NCBI GenBank assembly: GCA_965218795.1
Contig: OZ244653.1
Location: 3,200,001 to 3,264,000, forward strand
Direction: 5' to 3'
Length of the DNA: 64,000 bases
Origin: a bacterium
Lineage (GTDB): Bacteria; UBA8248; JACPRG01; G963555815
Shown here: piece after piece, positions 28,861 through 38,541 of the stretch
Layout: each line of letters opens with the position of its first letter
Position numbering within the stretch: position 1 is the stretch's first letter
The notes under the pieces: generated by a model
The model's input: the letters and a program-made list of their open reading frames with translations, nothing else
Database searches by the model: none
Told to the model about the DNA's origin: nothing
Made by a program: the position numbers and the translations under genes

Positions 28861-31146
28861 ATGGTCATCGAGCACACATTCGTCGGACGCCGTCTACCGA
28901 TGGTGGACGGAAAAGAGAAAGCCGCCGGTGTCGGGGAGAACATCGCCGACATGAGTCTCCCGGGGATGCTTCACGGCAGAATGCTGCGGAGCCCCCATCC
29001 CCACGCCAGAATTCTCAACATCGACACGGCAGAGGCCGAGAAGGTGCCGGGGGTCAAGGCGATCCTCACCGGCCGGAACTCGCCTCAGCCAAGATTCGGG
29101 ATCTCCACCCTGGATGAAACACCCTTCTGCACGGACAAGGCGCGGTACGTGGGCGATGAGGTCGCGGGCGTGGTCGCCGAGACGGAGGAGGCGCTGGAGG
29201 AGGCGCTATCCAGGATTTCGGTCGAGTATGAACCGCTCACTCCCGTCACGGATCCGCTGGACGCCCTGGAGGAGGGAGCGCCGCTTGTCCATGAAGACAA
29301 GCCCGGAAACGTCGCCTACGGCTTCGAGATAGAACGCGGGGAGGTGGACGACGCCTTCCGTCGCGCCGATCAAGTGTTCGAGGGAGCCTATCGCACCCAC
29401 CTCACGCACCAGGCGTATCTCGAGCCCACTGGGGCGATCGGCTCCTTTCAGGACGGACGGTTGACGGTTTGGGGCTGCCTGCAATCGATTTATGCCATTC
29501 GCCCTTACCTCCTCTCGCGTCCGATGGAGATTCCGCTGGACAACGTCACCGTCGTCCAGACGCGTCCGGGCGGGGCCTTCGGCGGAAAGCTGGACGTCAA
29601 ACTCGCCTTGCTGGTCGGCCTTCTGAGCCGTGCCGTCGAGGCTCCGGTCCGGTGCATCCTGACGCTGGAAGAAGACCTGATCAGCATGCGGCCCCGCATG
29701 CCGGCCATCCTGGATATCCAGTCCGCTTTTTCGAAAGGCGGCAAGTTCATGGGGAAAAGGGTCAAGGTGGTTGCCGACAATGGGGCCTATTGCAGCCTTT
29801 CCCCGCAAATCATGAGCTCACTGGCCCTTCGGACGGACTCCCTCTACCGCACCCCCGCCGTGAAGATTGACGCAAAACTCGCCTATACCAACACCGAACC
29901 CACCGGGCAGATGCGGGGATTCGGCAATCTTCAGGCCACCTTCGCATGGGAAAGTCATCTGGACGAAGTGGCCGAGGGGTTGGGCATCGACCCCGTCGAC
30001 GTCCGTCTCAAGAACCTGACGGAAACCGGCGATACTTCCATCCACGGGTGGAAGATCATCAGCTGCGGCATCTCCGACTGCCTCCGGCAGGCCGCCGAGG
30101 CGATTCAATGGAAAGAGCTTCGCAACGGTCAGGAGGCGGGGCGCGGCGTAGGGCTCGCCTGCTGCATCCACGTGACCGGCAACCGTGGGTTCAGCGCCGC
30201 CCTGGTGGATAAAGACGACGACCCGTCGGAAACCGAGGTGGTCATCCGCGACGACGGGAAGGTGGAGATCCGGTCAGGAGAATGCGATCTCGGAGAGGGG
30301 GCGGGAACGGTCATGGCCCTTGTGGCGGCGGAAGAGCTCGGACTTCCGTATGACGACATGATCGCCGCTGTCCATGACACATCCATCGTTCCTTTCGGCC
30401 TGGGGGCCTTCGCCAGCCGGATCACGCTCATGGGGGGCGCCGCAACCCGCGACGCCGCCATCAACGCCCGCCGGATGCTCGTCGAGGCCGCGGCGGCGGC
30501 CTTCGAGGTCCGGCCCGAAGAGGTCGAGAAGGACGGCGGGGAATTCTTCGTCCGGAGCATGCCGGCCCGGAAGATGACCGTTCAGGAGGTGGTTCAGTCC
30601 ACCGGAAAATCCACACTCTCCGCCATGGGCCGATTCGAGGCGGGAGGGGACATCCTCGACCCCAAGGACAAGTACGGAAACGCCTCCACGACCTACTCCT
30701 TCTCGGTCCATGCGGCGGATGTGACGGTGGACCTGGAAACCGGGGAGATCCGGGTGAACAGGGTCATTGCGGCTCATGATCCGGGCAAGGTGATCAACGT
30801 TTTGGGTGCCGAGGGGCAGGTCGAAGGCGGAGCCGCTCAGGGTGCGGCCTATGCGTTGATGGAAGAGCTGGTCAAGGACGGATCCGGCAAGATTCTCAAC
30901 AACAACTTCGAGGGCTACCTGCTCCCGACCTCCCTGGACGCCTTTGACGTGGATTCGATTTGGGTGGAGACCATTGACCCGGTGGGTCCGTTTGGGGCCA
31001 AGGGCCTCGCCGAGACGGCAATCAATCCGACCCCCGCAGCGGTGGCGAATGCGGTCTGCAACGCCACGGGGGTACGAATCCGGCATCTCCCGGTGACGCC
31101 GGAGAAAATCGTCGCCGGGATGAATGACGGAAAAAATGTTTCATAG
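28861..31146 (+). CDS. Xanthine dehydrogenase family molybdopterin-binding large subunit
   Basis: RSPHPHARI, QAYLEP, GGAFGGK, MRGFG, EGQVEGG, GPFGAKGLAE. Confidence 0.93.
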   Translation: MVIEHTFVGRRLPMVDGKEKAAGVGENIADMSLPGMLHGRMLRSPHPHARILNIDTAEAEKVPGVKAILTGRNSPQPRFGISTLDETPFCTDKARYVGDEVAGVVAETEEALEEALSRISVEYEPLTPVTDPLDALEEGAPLVHEDKPGNVAYGFEIERGEVDDAFRRADQVFEGAYRTHLTHQAYLEPTGAIGSFQDGRLTVWGCLQSIYAIRPYLLSRPMEIPLDNVTVVQTRPGGAFGGKLDVKLALLVGLLSRAVEAPVRCILTLEEDLISMRPRMPAILDIQSAFSKGGKFMGKRVKVVADNGAYCSLSPQIMSSLALRTDSLYRTPAVKIDAKLAYTNTEPTGQMRGFGNLQATFAWESHLDEVAEGLGIDPVDVRLKNLTETGDTSIHGWKIISCGISDCLRQAAEAIQWKELRNGQEAGRGVGLACCIHVTGNRGFSAALVDKDDDPSETEVVIRDDGKVEIRSGECDLGEGAGTVMALVAAEELGLPYDDMIAAVHDTSIVPFGLGAFASRITLMGGAATRDAAINARRMLVEAAAAAFEVRPEEVEKDGGEFFVRSMPARKMTVQEVVQSTGKSTLSAMGRFEAGGDILDPKDKYGNASTTYSFSVHAADVTVDLETGEIRVNRVIAAHDPGKVINVLGAEGQVEGGAAQGAAYALMEELVKDGSGKILNNNFEGYLLPTSLDAFDVDSIWVETIDPVGPFGAKGLAETAINPTPAAVANAVCNATGVRIRHLPVTPEKIVAGMNDGKNVS

Positions 31147-31210
31147 GTGACCCTTCGGACCGCAAAGCCGGGCTTTCCGGTCCCCCGATTCAAAATGAAT
31201 GAGGAAATCC

Positions 31211-32026
31211 ATGCCCGAGAAAAGAACCTGGATTCTGCAGGAGATCACCTGGCCGGAGGTCGAGGCCTACCTGAAGCGGGATGACATCATTCTGCTCCCC
31301 GTGGGGAGCGTCGAACAGCACGCCTATCACATGCCCCTGGGCACGGACGCCTATACCGCCATCGGCTTCGCGGAGGACGCCGCCCGAGAGGCCGATGCCT
31401 TGTGCGCCGCTCCGGTCTGGTACGGGTGGGCGACGCACCACATGGGATACCCGGGTACGGTTTCATTGAAACCGGAGACATTCACAGAGTTGGTCTATGA
31501 GATCGGCATCAGCCTTATCTACCATGGGTTCAAAAAGATTGTCATCGTCAACGGGAACGCCCAGGCCAACCTGCCGCCCATGCACATCGCCGCCAACAAA
31601 TTGGCCAACGAGACGAACGCAGCCGCGGTCGTTGTGGACCCCTGGGACATCGGGGATGCCGTTTCGCGGGAGTTGATGGCCGGCGTTCCCGGAAGCATGG
31701 GACATGCATCCCAGCATGAGTGTTCCCAGATGCTCCACATTCACCCGAGCCTGTGCGACATGAGCAAGGCCGAGGCCAACGTCTGGAGACAGCGGGAGTT
31801 TCACTTCTCGGATCACTATGTCGCGGGAAACCGGGCCCACTGGGCCAAAACACCGGAGGCCTTTCGCGAGGCCACCCTGCCGAGCGGCGCGTTCGGCGAC
31901 CCCGGCCATTGCTCGGCCGAAAAAGGGAAAATCTTCCATGAGGCCATCGTGACCAATATCGTCAAGCTCATCCGGGAACTTCGAGAAATGGAAGTGCAAA
32001 TCCGTCCTCGCCGTTTTATCTTCTAG
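31211..32026 (+). CDS. Creatininase family amidohydrolase
   Basis: LPVGSVEQHAYHMPLGTD, HHMGYPGTVSL, VNGN, GHAS..E. Confidence 0.88.
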   Translation: MPEKRTWILQEITWPEVEAYLKRDDIILLPVGSVEQHAYHMPLGTDAYTAIGFAEDAAREADALCAAPVWYGWATHHMGYPGTVSLKPETFTELVYEIGISLIYHGFKKIVIVNGNAQANLPPMHIAANKLANETNAAAVVVDPWDIGDAVSRELMAGVPGSMGHASQHECSQMLHIHPSLCDMSKAEANVWRQREFHFSDHYVAGNRAHWAKTPEAFREATLPSGAFGDPGHCSAEKGKIFHEAIVTNIVKLIRELREMEVQIRPRRFIF

Positions 32027-32076
32027 GGAAGGGTAAACCCCAATTCAGGCGGTTCTGAATTGAGAGGCGACCGACC

Positions 32077-32667
32077 ATGCCAGACCCCGACTGTAGCGTT
32101 TTCCGGAATTTTGTTGAACAGACCGGGAGCGGATTGAAGATCTCCCGGAATGACGGGGAGGCAACGGCCGTCGTCGAGCAAGGCCTGCCCGAGCTTCTGA
32201 AAGACGGAGGCTGGCTCCGCTCCCAACACCGCGCGCCAAACCCCGAAACCTACGCCCGAAACCTCATCTACCGAGACCCGGACCTGGGCTTTGTTGTCGT
32301 TGCCATGGTCTGGCTGCCCGGTCAGGGGACGCCGGTTCACGACCATTCCGGAATCTGGTGCGTGGAAGGGGTTTTGGAAGGGTCCGTCCGAATTACGCAA
32401 TACGACCCAATCCGGGATCCTGAATCGACGAATGGATTTCAGTTGAAACTGTCCGGCCGGTTTGAATCAGCCATCGGCGAAACCGGCAGACTGATTCCGC
32501 CTTTCGAGTATCACAAAATCGAGAACGTGGGCGGTGAGACCGCCATCACCGTCCATGTTTATGGAAAGGACCTTCTGGATTGTAAGATTTTCGAAGAACA
32601 GCCGGACGGCTCCTTTCAAATGAAGACCCTCCAGATGCAGTACGCTCCTGTTTCCATCGACGAGTAG
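32077..32667 (+). CDS. Cysteine dioxygenase-like cupin
   Basis: YARNLIY, WLPGQGTPVHDHSGIWC, EYHKIEN, ITVHVYG. Confidence 0.85.
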   Translation: MPDPDCSVFRNFVEQTGSGLKISRNDGEATAVVEQGLPELLKDGGWLRSQHRAPNPETYARNLIYRDPDLGFVVVAMVWLPGQGTPVHDHSGIWCVEGVLEGSVRITQYDPIRDPESTNGFQLKLSGRFESAIGETGRLIPPFEYHKIENVGGETAITVHVYGKDLLDCKIFEEQPDGSFQMKTLQMQYAPVSIDE

Positions 32668-32682
32668 CCGGTCTCCATCCCG

Positions 32683-33306
32683 ATGAGTGTCCATGGAGAA
32701 CGTTACAAGGATGTAACCGGCGTCATTCTTGCGGGTGGCAAGAGCCGGCGCATGGGAAGAGACAAAGCCCTTCTGAAGATTGGCGACATCCCGCTGATTG
32801 AACGGGTCTCCGTTGTCCTCCGCCGGATCTTCGAGAATGTCTTTCTCGTCACCAACGACCCGACCCTCTACTTGGACCTCGGGTTTCCCGTATATACCGA
32901 CACTTATCCCAATCGCGCCTCACTGGTGGGCATCTACACAGCACTGCTGAAGGCGGATACTCCTCATATCTTTTGCGCTTCTTGCGATATGCCTTTTCTG
33001 AATGAATCCCTCATCCGTTTTCTGGTCGAGCAACGGGCGAACGCCGACTGGGTTCTCCCTTTCTCCAACCACGGGCGGGAACCTCTTCACGCCGTGTATG
33101 GGAAAAACTGTCTGCCCCCGATGGGCCGAATGATTCTGGAGGAACGCATGGCGATCATGGAAATCTTCGCTCAGATCCGCACAAAGAAGGTCACACCCGA
33201 GGAAGTGGCCGTCATCGATCCTGACTTTCTTTCATTTCTGAATTGCAACACGCCCGAAGACTTCGAGATGGCTTCCAAAATAGCGAAAGAAAAAGAAGAA
33301 GATTAG
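32683..33306 (+). CDS. mobA: Molybdenum cofactor guanylyltransferase
   Basis: GVILAGGKSRRMGRDKALL, CDMPFL, EPLHAVY, FLNCNTPEDF. Confidence 0.9.
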   Translation: MSVHGERYKDVTGVILAGGKSRRMGRDKALLKIGDIPLIERVSVVLRRIFENVFLVTNDPTLYLDLGFPVYTDTYPNRASLVGIYTALLKADTPHIFCASCDMPFLNESLIRFLVEQRANADWVLPFSNHGREPLHAVYGKNCLPPMGRMILEERMAIMEIFAQIRTKKVTPEEVAVIDPDFLSFLNCNTPEDFEMASKIAKEKEED

Positions 33307-33551
33307 TGAGCTTATTGAACCACAAACGATTAGCTTTCGGCGACCTGTTCAACTTCATCCCAATCATCGCCGTTATCTTGCTGGCAATGAGGATGTCAAA
33401 TGAGACGCGGATTCCACCTACTGGATATTCTCAATCGATTTTCATCTTGGGGACTTCCCGTTGATTCCGAGAAGACGAACACGGATTTTTGAGATATAGC
33501 ACCCCAAATTCGATATTTCGTTTTTTGTTCGTAATTTGGCTTGACACGAAC

Positions 33552-33580
33552 TTGACACAATGCGAACGATTTGGGACAAT
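33552..33580 (+). promoter_or_regulatory. Putative sigma70 promoter upstream of ino1
   Basis: TTGACA-17 bp-GACAAT. Confidence 0.5.
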
Positions 33581-33926
33581 ACTTCACCTGTTCTCCCAAC
33601 GCCTGTAATACCCAAGAGTAAACCTGATGCCATCGGGGCATCCCGCAGGCGGTATATTCGCTGAAGTTTGATCGAATGATTCGGAGAATCGGCGCCTGTC
33701 ATTGAGACGAACGGGCGTGAGATGGTCTTGCCTGTTTCCGGCCGGGGAGCTGAAGAGCCCGTGAGGCGCCACGGCCAAGGATATGGAGGCGAGCCTGTCT
33801 GGGCCATGATTCATTTCAGGACTGGGCTGTGGTTAGAAAATCGAAGTGCTTTGGGTTCGGTGAATGGGGACCCGGAATCAAATATTCAAGATCATTGGTT
33901 CTTGAATTCATTTTGAGGAGGATGCA

Positions 33927-35096
33927 ATGAAACCCATTCGAATTGCGATAGCGGGTGTGGGAAATTGCGCTAGTTCCCTCCTTCAGGGAATTGAGCATTA
34001 CCGTCAGAGACCGGAGGAAGAGGTACTTGGACTCATGCATCACGATCTCGCGGGCTACCGTCCATCCGATATTCAGCCGGTCGCGGCCTTCGACGTGGAT
34101 GCCAGAAAGGTCGGGCAGCCTCTCCATTTGGCTGCCTTCGCTCCACCCAACTGCACACAAAACATTGTCGAGAGTCTTCCGGGCTATGGAATGACCGTGC
34201 AGATGGGTGAGCTTCACGACGGTGTAGCCGCCCATATGAAGGATTACCCGGACGACCGGAGCTTTGTCATCAGCGGACAGGAGCCGTGCGAGGTGGAACG
34301 GATCCTTCGGGAGAGCGGGGCCGAGATGCTCCTGTGCTATCTGCCGGTCGGATCTGAGGAAGCGGTCCGGTTCTACGCCCGATGCTGTCTCAACACGGGG
34401 GTCAGCATCATCAACTGCGTGCCCGTGTTCATTGTCTCCGACCCGGAATGGGAGGCGCAGTTCAAAAAGCGCGGCATCCCGGTCATTGGGGACGACATCA
34501 AATCCCAGGTGGGCGCGACCATCGTCCATCGGAATCTGGTCCGCCTCTTCCAGGACCGGGGCGTCGAGTTGAAGCGGACCTATCAGCTCAACACGGGCGG
34601 AAACACGGACTTTCTGAACATGAAGGAACACGACCGGCTGAAATCGAAGAAAATCTCGAAAACCGCCGCCGTCCAGTCACAGCTCGACCTTCCCCTGGAC
34701 CCGGAGGATATACACATCGGTCCCAGCGATTATGTACCTTGGCAGAATGACAACAAGGTATGTTTCATCCGGATGGAAGGCGAGGGATTCGCCGGCGTAC
34801 CGCTGAACCTGGAGCTTCGGCTGTCGGTCGAGGATTCGCCGAACAGCGCGGGAGTCGTGATTGAAGCGATTCGATTCTGCAAGCTGGCCCGAATGCGGGG
34901 CGATGCGGGGGCACTGTTGCCCATCTCCGCATATACCATGAAGCATCCCCCTCTTCAGATGCCTGACAACGAAGCCCGGGATAACCTGGAAGAGTACCTC
35001 CAGGCCGGCGTCCAGCGGGAAATCAAAACATCCATGCGGACCAACGGTGATCAGGGCCACGAGTCAAAGAAAAATGCCTGGACAACCGCCGGATAA
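33927..35096 (+). CDS. ino1: Inositol-3-phosphate synthase
   Basis: IAIAGVGNCASSL, YLPVGSEEA, GDDIKSQVGATI, YQLNTGGNTDFLNM, SKKISKT, EDSPNSAG. Confidence 0.95.
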   Translation: MKPIRIAIAGVGNCASSLLQGIEHYRQRPEEEVLGLMHHDLAGYRPSDIQPVAAFDVDARKVGQPLHLAAFAPPNCTQNIVESLPGYGMTVQMGELHDGVAAHMKDYPDDRSFVISGQEPCEVERILRESGAEMLLCYLPVGSEEAVRFYARCCLNTGVSIINCVPVFIVSDPEWEAQFKKRGIPVIGDDIKSQVGATIVHRNLVRLFQDRGVELKRTYQLNTGGNTDFLNMKEHDRLKSKKISKTAAVQSQLDLPLDPEDIHIGPSDYVPWQNDNKVCFIRMEGEGFAGVPLNLELRLSVEDSPNSAGVVIEAIRFCKLARMRGDAGALLPISAYTMKHPPLQMPDNEARDNLEEYLQAGVQREIKTSMRTNGDQGHESKKNAWTTAG

Positions 35097-35117
35097 CCGC
35101 ATCGGCCAATGGTTACG

Positions 35118-35149
35118 AGGGGTGAGACTTCGGTCTCACCCCTTTTTTT
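35118..35149 (+). terminator. Rho-independent terminator
   Basis: aggggtgagac-ttcg-gtctcacccct followed by T run, just after the ino1 stop. Confidence 0.9.
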
Positions 35150-35300
35150 CTGCGTTATTGCAATCCGTCCCTCCAGAGAGGAGGCTTGCGGCGGGAGGGG
35201 TTCCGATTCATATTGATTGCAGGCCCGGAATTTTCGAATCCCGGCAATCGCGAGAACCAACACGCCTCCGTACACTTCCAGTCGGAGGGAGGAATCGACC

Positions 35301-35486
35301 ATGGCGCTCCATCTTTATGAAGTCACTTTTTCGTTCGCAGGCACCATGCAGATCCAGGCGGAAGACGAGAACGACGCCATCCACCAAGTCCAGCAAAAGG
35401 ACATCGAGATGCTCATGAGCCGACTTGATCCGGACAGATTCATGGTTCATTCGGCGGACGAGGTGGACATCGGCGGTCCGTCCTAG
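35301..35486 (+). CDS. Small acidic hypothetical protein
   Basis: GGAGG RBS then MALHLYEVTFSFAGTMQIQAEDENDAI; 61 aa. Confidence 0.65.
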   Translation: MALHLYEVTFSFAGTMQIQAEDENDAIHQVQQKDIEMLMSRLDPDRFMVHSADEVDIGGPS

Positions 35487-35541
35487 ATGCGCGAGAGATT
35501 TTCTTCCTTCTACTCTCTGACCCTTCAGGCTCTATCACCAG

Positions 35542-35979
35542 ATGGCCTATCAGATAAATCCCGATTGGTGGACAATCGTTCGCGGAACCCGTTTCGAATG
35601 CACCCAGTGCGGCAAGTGTTGCGAGCGACCCGGCCATGTCTACATCCATTCCGACGAGATTGAGTCTGTAGCGGGATATCTCGGTCTCACGGCCCGCCGG
35701 TTCATGAAAAAATTCGTCGACAAGCTCAAGGGAAGCGGCGGCTATACGCTGCGCATGGACAAACGAGGCGACTGCCCCTTCTATTGCGCCGAAGATAAAA
35801 CCTGCGGAATCCACCCGGTTAAGTTCATCCAATGCCGGACGTACCCCTACTGGCCGGAACATGTGGAAACCCCCGCTGCCTGGTCTGAAGCCAAGGAAGG
35901 GTGTGAAGGTCTGGGGCGGGGAAGCCGAATTCGCAAAAGAGACGTCCGGGATTGCCTCGAGGAAAGCGCCCGGCTCTGA
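35542..35979 (+). CDS. YkgJ family cysteine-cluster (Fe-S/Zn) protein
   Basis: FECTQCGKCC, CPFY, CGIHPVKFIQCRTYPYW, CEGLG. Confidence 0.88.
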   Translation: MAYQINPDWWTIVRGTRFECTQCGKCCERPGHVYIHSDEIESVAGYLGLTARRFMKKFVDKLKGSGGYTLRMDKRGDCPFYCAEDKTCGIHPVKFIQCRTYPYWPEHVETPAAWSEAKEGCEGLGRGSRIRKRDVRDCLEESARL

Positions 35980-36389
35980 TGAAGCATGAGGGGCTCCAAC
36001 AGCTTTTCGTGTATGGGTCGCTGCGGAAGGGAGAATCCGCCGATCTCACGGAGAAGCGGGTAGGGCCGACTCACTATATGGGACCCGCCACCCTCTCCGG
36101 TTACGCTCTCTTCGATCTGGGATCCTATCCAGGCATCTTCCCGCGCGATCCGAGTTCACGAGTCAAAGGCGAAACCCATTGGCTGGAGCAGCCGGGCCCG
36201 GCGTTTGCCTGGCTCGACGAATACGAGGACGTCCCGAATCTGTTTCAGCGCCTGGAGGTCGATGTATCGAAGAGCTCATCCACCGAAAGGGCGTGGACAT
36301 ATGTCCTGACGCAGGACCCGGATGGACAATACCCGATCGTCCCGAACGGCAGCTGGCCGGAGCACCGGCGAGACCGCGCCAACCGTTGA
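35979..36389 (+). CDS. Gamma-glutamylcyclotransferase family protein
   Basis: LFVYGSLRKG, LFDLGSYPG, VKGE, LDEYE, AWTY. Confidence 0.88.
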   Translation: MKHEGLQQLFVYGSLRKGESADLTEKRVGPTHYMGPATLSGYALFDLGSYPGIFPRDPSSRVKGETHWLEQPGPAFAWLDEYEDVPNLFQRLEVDVSKSSSTERAWTYVLTQDPDGQYPIVPNGSWPEHRRDRANR

Positions 36390-36412
36390 TATTCAAACCA
36401 TCATCACGAAAA

Positions 36413-36898
36413 TCAGAGACCAGCCCCACCCGGCCCGGGTGGTGAATGAAATGACTGGAGTACGTCCAATGCGTGAGAATCGACTTCGACCTCGCGGAAG
36501 ACCTTCTCGGTCTGCCCGTCCGGGCCGATGACGAACGTCGTCCTGAGAATCCCATGAGCCTTCCGACCGTCCATCTCCTTCTCTCCATAGACGTCGTAAG
36601 CCCTGGAAACCTCGGCATTCACGTCAGACAGCAAGGTAAAGGGGAGGTTGTATTCGCGCGCGAATTCTTCATGACTCTCTGGTGAATCAAGGCTCACGCC
36701 GAGCAATTCTACGCCTTCCTGGGCATAGGCGCCGAAATGGTCCCGGAAGCCGCAGACCTCCCGGATGCACCCCGGAGTCATATCCTTGGGATAAAAGAAC
36801 AGAACGATCCGCTTTCCCGCGTAATCCGAAAGTCGGCGGACCCTTCCGAGACTGTCTTCAAGCGCGAAATCGGGCGCCGCTTCTCCAGGTTCGTTCAT
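36413..36898 (-). CDS. bcp: Peroxiredoxin Bcp/PrxQ
   Basis: FFYPKDMTPGCIREVCGFRD, LPFTLLSD, RTTFVI. Confidence 0.9.
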   Translation of the reverse strand: MNEPGEAAPDFALEDSLGRVRRLSDYAGKRIVLFFYPKDMTPGCIREVCGFRDHFGAYAQEGVELLGVSLDSPESHEEFAREYNLPFTLLSDVNAEVSRAYDVYGEKEMDGRKAHGILRTTFVIGPDGQTEKVFREVEVDSHALDVLQSFHSPPGPGGAGL

Positions 36899-37060
36899 TC
36901 AGATCTCCTATCCCTGCTTCGCGGACGAAAACAGCCGCCCCACCCTCACCCCGGCCAATCCATACGCGCTTCTGCGATATAATCCCATACTCTATCCGTG
37001 TTCCATTCCCTCAGCTTCTGGGGGGTTCATTGTTTGCCCAATGGTAGGGAGGAATGTCTC

Positions 37061-37261
37061 ATGCCGGTAGCGCACATCAGTCTTCTCGAAGGTCGAAGCA
37101 AGGAAGCCAAGGCGAAGATTGCCGATGAAATCGCCGACAGTATTGCCAAGCACGGCGGCGCGCCAAAGGAGGCCGTAATCGTTGTCTTCCACGATGTCAC
37201 CGGCGACGACTGGGCGACTGGGGGCGTTCTGTTCAGCGACCGGAAAGCCGCAGCATCCTGA
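37061..37261 (+). CDS. 4-oxalocrotonate tautomerase family protein
   Basis: MP start (catalytic Pro1), LLEGRSKEAK, WATGG; GGAGG RBS. Confidence 0.9.
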   Translation: MPVAHISLLEGRSKEAKAKIADEIADSIAKHGGAPKEAVIVVFHDVTGDDWATGGVLFSDRKAAAS

Positions 37262-37355
37262 CGGTCCCGTCACCGGCCGGTCCGCCGAGGTTTCCTTCGT
37301 GCCCGGCGGGCCGGCCCGCCGTTGCTCCTCATAAGAGATGCGTCCCTCCAAGCGC

Positions 37356-37619
37356 TCATTTCTGCTTGTTCGACCGAATCCGCTCCTTGACCTTCATGGC
37401 CCTCTCGCGGGCCTTGACCAGAAAGTTCCTGGCCCAGGCGAACTCCAACGCCAGAATAGCGAGCCCGGCAGGAATTACGATAATGGCGGGCCCCGGAAGG
37501 ACAAGAAGCGCCACTCCCACCAGGACAACCGTCGTCCCGATGACCAGGACGATCGTCCGCCACGCCTGACGCAGAGCGGACCGTACGATTCCCTTCAATA
37601 CCGTTGTAGTACGAGACAT
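37356..37619 (-). CDS. PGPGW-domain small membrane protein
   Basis: GVALLVLPGPAIIVIPAGLAILALEFAWAR. Confidence 0.8.
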   Translation of the reverse strand: MSRTTTVLKGIVRSALRQAWRTIVLVIGTTVVLVGVALLVLPGPAIIVIPAGLAILALEFAWARNFLVKARERAMKVKERIRSNKQK

Positions 37620-37695
37620 GCCTGGAATTTACCAGAGGAACAGGGAGGACAAAAGGGAGAACGAAAATGAGTGAGCGCGGTTTCCCTGAGTGGTC

Positions 37696-38541
37696 TCAGC
37701 CGGAAAGCAGGTGTTTCACGTCCCTGCGGATTTTCTTCAAAAAATCCGGGGCATCACTGTGATAATAACCGCGGATGGCCGCCTTGCGGTCCACCAGGAC
37801 GAACCTGGAGCTGTGGGTGAACTTCGAGTCGCCTTCGATTTGATGATGCGCCCAGACGGCCGGGGGCCCGAAACGTCCGAAGAATTTCCTCATCCTGCGA
37901 AGGCCGAGCCGGATTTTACTCGTCCCCGTGCCGGCCGGCCTGCTTTTCGGGTCCATCGCACCCTCACCCCTACCCTCTCCCGAGGGGAGAGGGTGTGATG
38001 GGCCCCCTCCCGGCTGAAATTCGTCAGAGACGGCAATAGCGAGACGGAACCCTTTCTTCACGAGATCATGGGTTTCTTTTCGGTCACCCCTCAGAAAAAG
38101 CCACCGTATCGGGTCCGCCCGATAACGGTCGGCGTAAACCTTCAGAGCTTCCAGGCTGTCCCGCTCGGGGTCAATGGTGAAAGAGACGAGCCGGAATTTT
38201 TTTTCAGCGGCGAAATCTTTCTGCAGACGCGCCATCTCCGCGGTCTGTAGCGGGCAAAAATCCTTGCAGTGAGAGAAAAAGAAATCCGCCACCCAGACCT
38301 TTCCCCGCAACGCGGCCAGGGTGAAGGGCCTTCCGGATCGCTCCGTCATTGAAAAGTCGGGTAATACCGAATAGACCGGCAAAGCCTTGCCGCCGGCCCC
38401 CGTCAAAGCGGACAACAGCCAACCACCCAGCAAAGCCGCCAGGAGGAGGCCCAAGCCCCCCCATAGAGCGGTCCGGATCAACCGTCCCGTCTGGGCCAAG
38501 CCGTCCCTCCCGACGGGATTGGTCTTATTTCTTGCCGGCAT
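37696..38541 (-). CDS. SCO family copper chaperone with an internal insertion
   Basis: LPDFSMTERSG, FFFSHCKDFCP, TIDPERDS, THSSRFVLVDR..IRGYY; extra segment contains SHPLPSGEGRGEG. Confidence 0.85.
   Translation of the reverse strand: MPARNKTNPVGRDGLAQTGRLIRTALWGGLGLLLAALLGGWLLSALTGAGGKALPVYSVLPDFSMTERSGRPFTLAALRGKVWVADFFFSHCKDFCPLQTAEMARLQKDFAAEKKFRLVSFTIDPERDSLEALKVYADRYRADPIRWLFLRGDRKETHDLVKKGFRLAIAVSDEFQPGGGPSHPLPSGEGRGEGAMDPKSRPAGTGTSKIRLGLRRMRKFFGRFGPPAVWAHHQIEGDSKFTHSSRFVLVDRKAAIRGYYHSDAPDFLKKIRRDVKHLLSG

Noticed and set aside
31211-32026. Mycofactocin peptidase MftE
   Set aside because: Creatininase fold only; no mftABC genes nearby.
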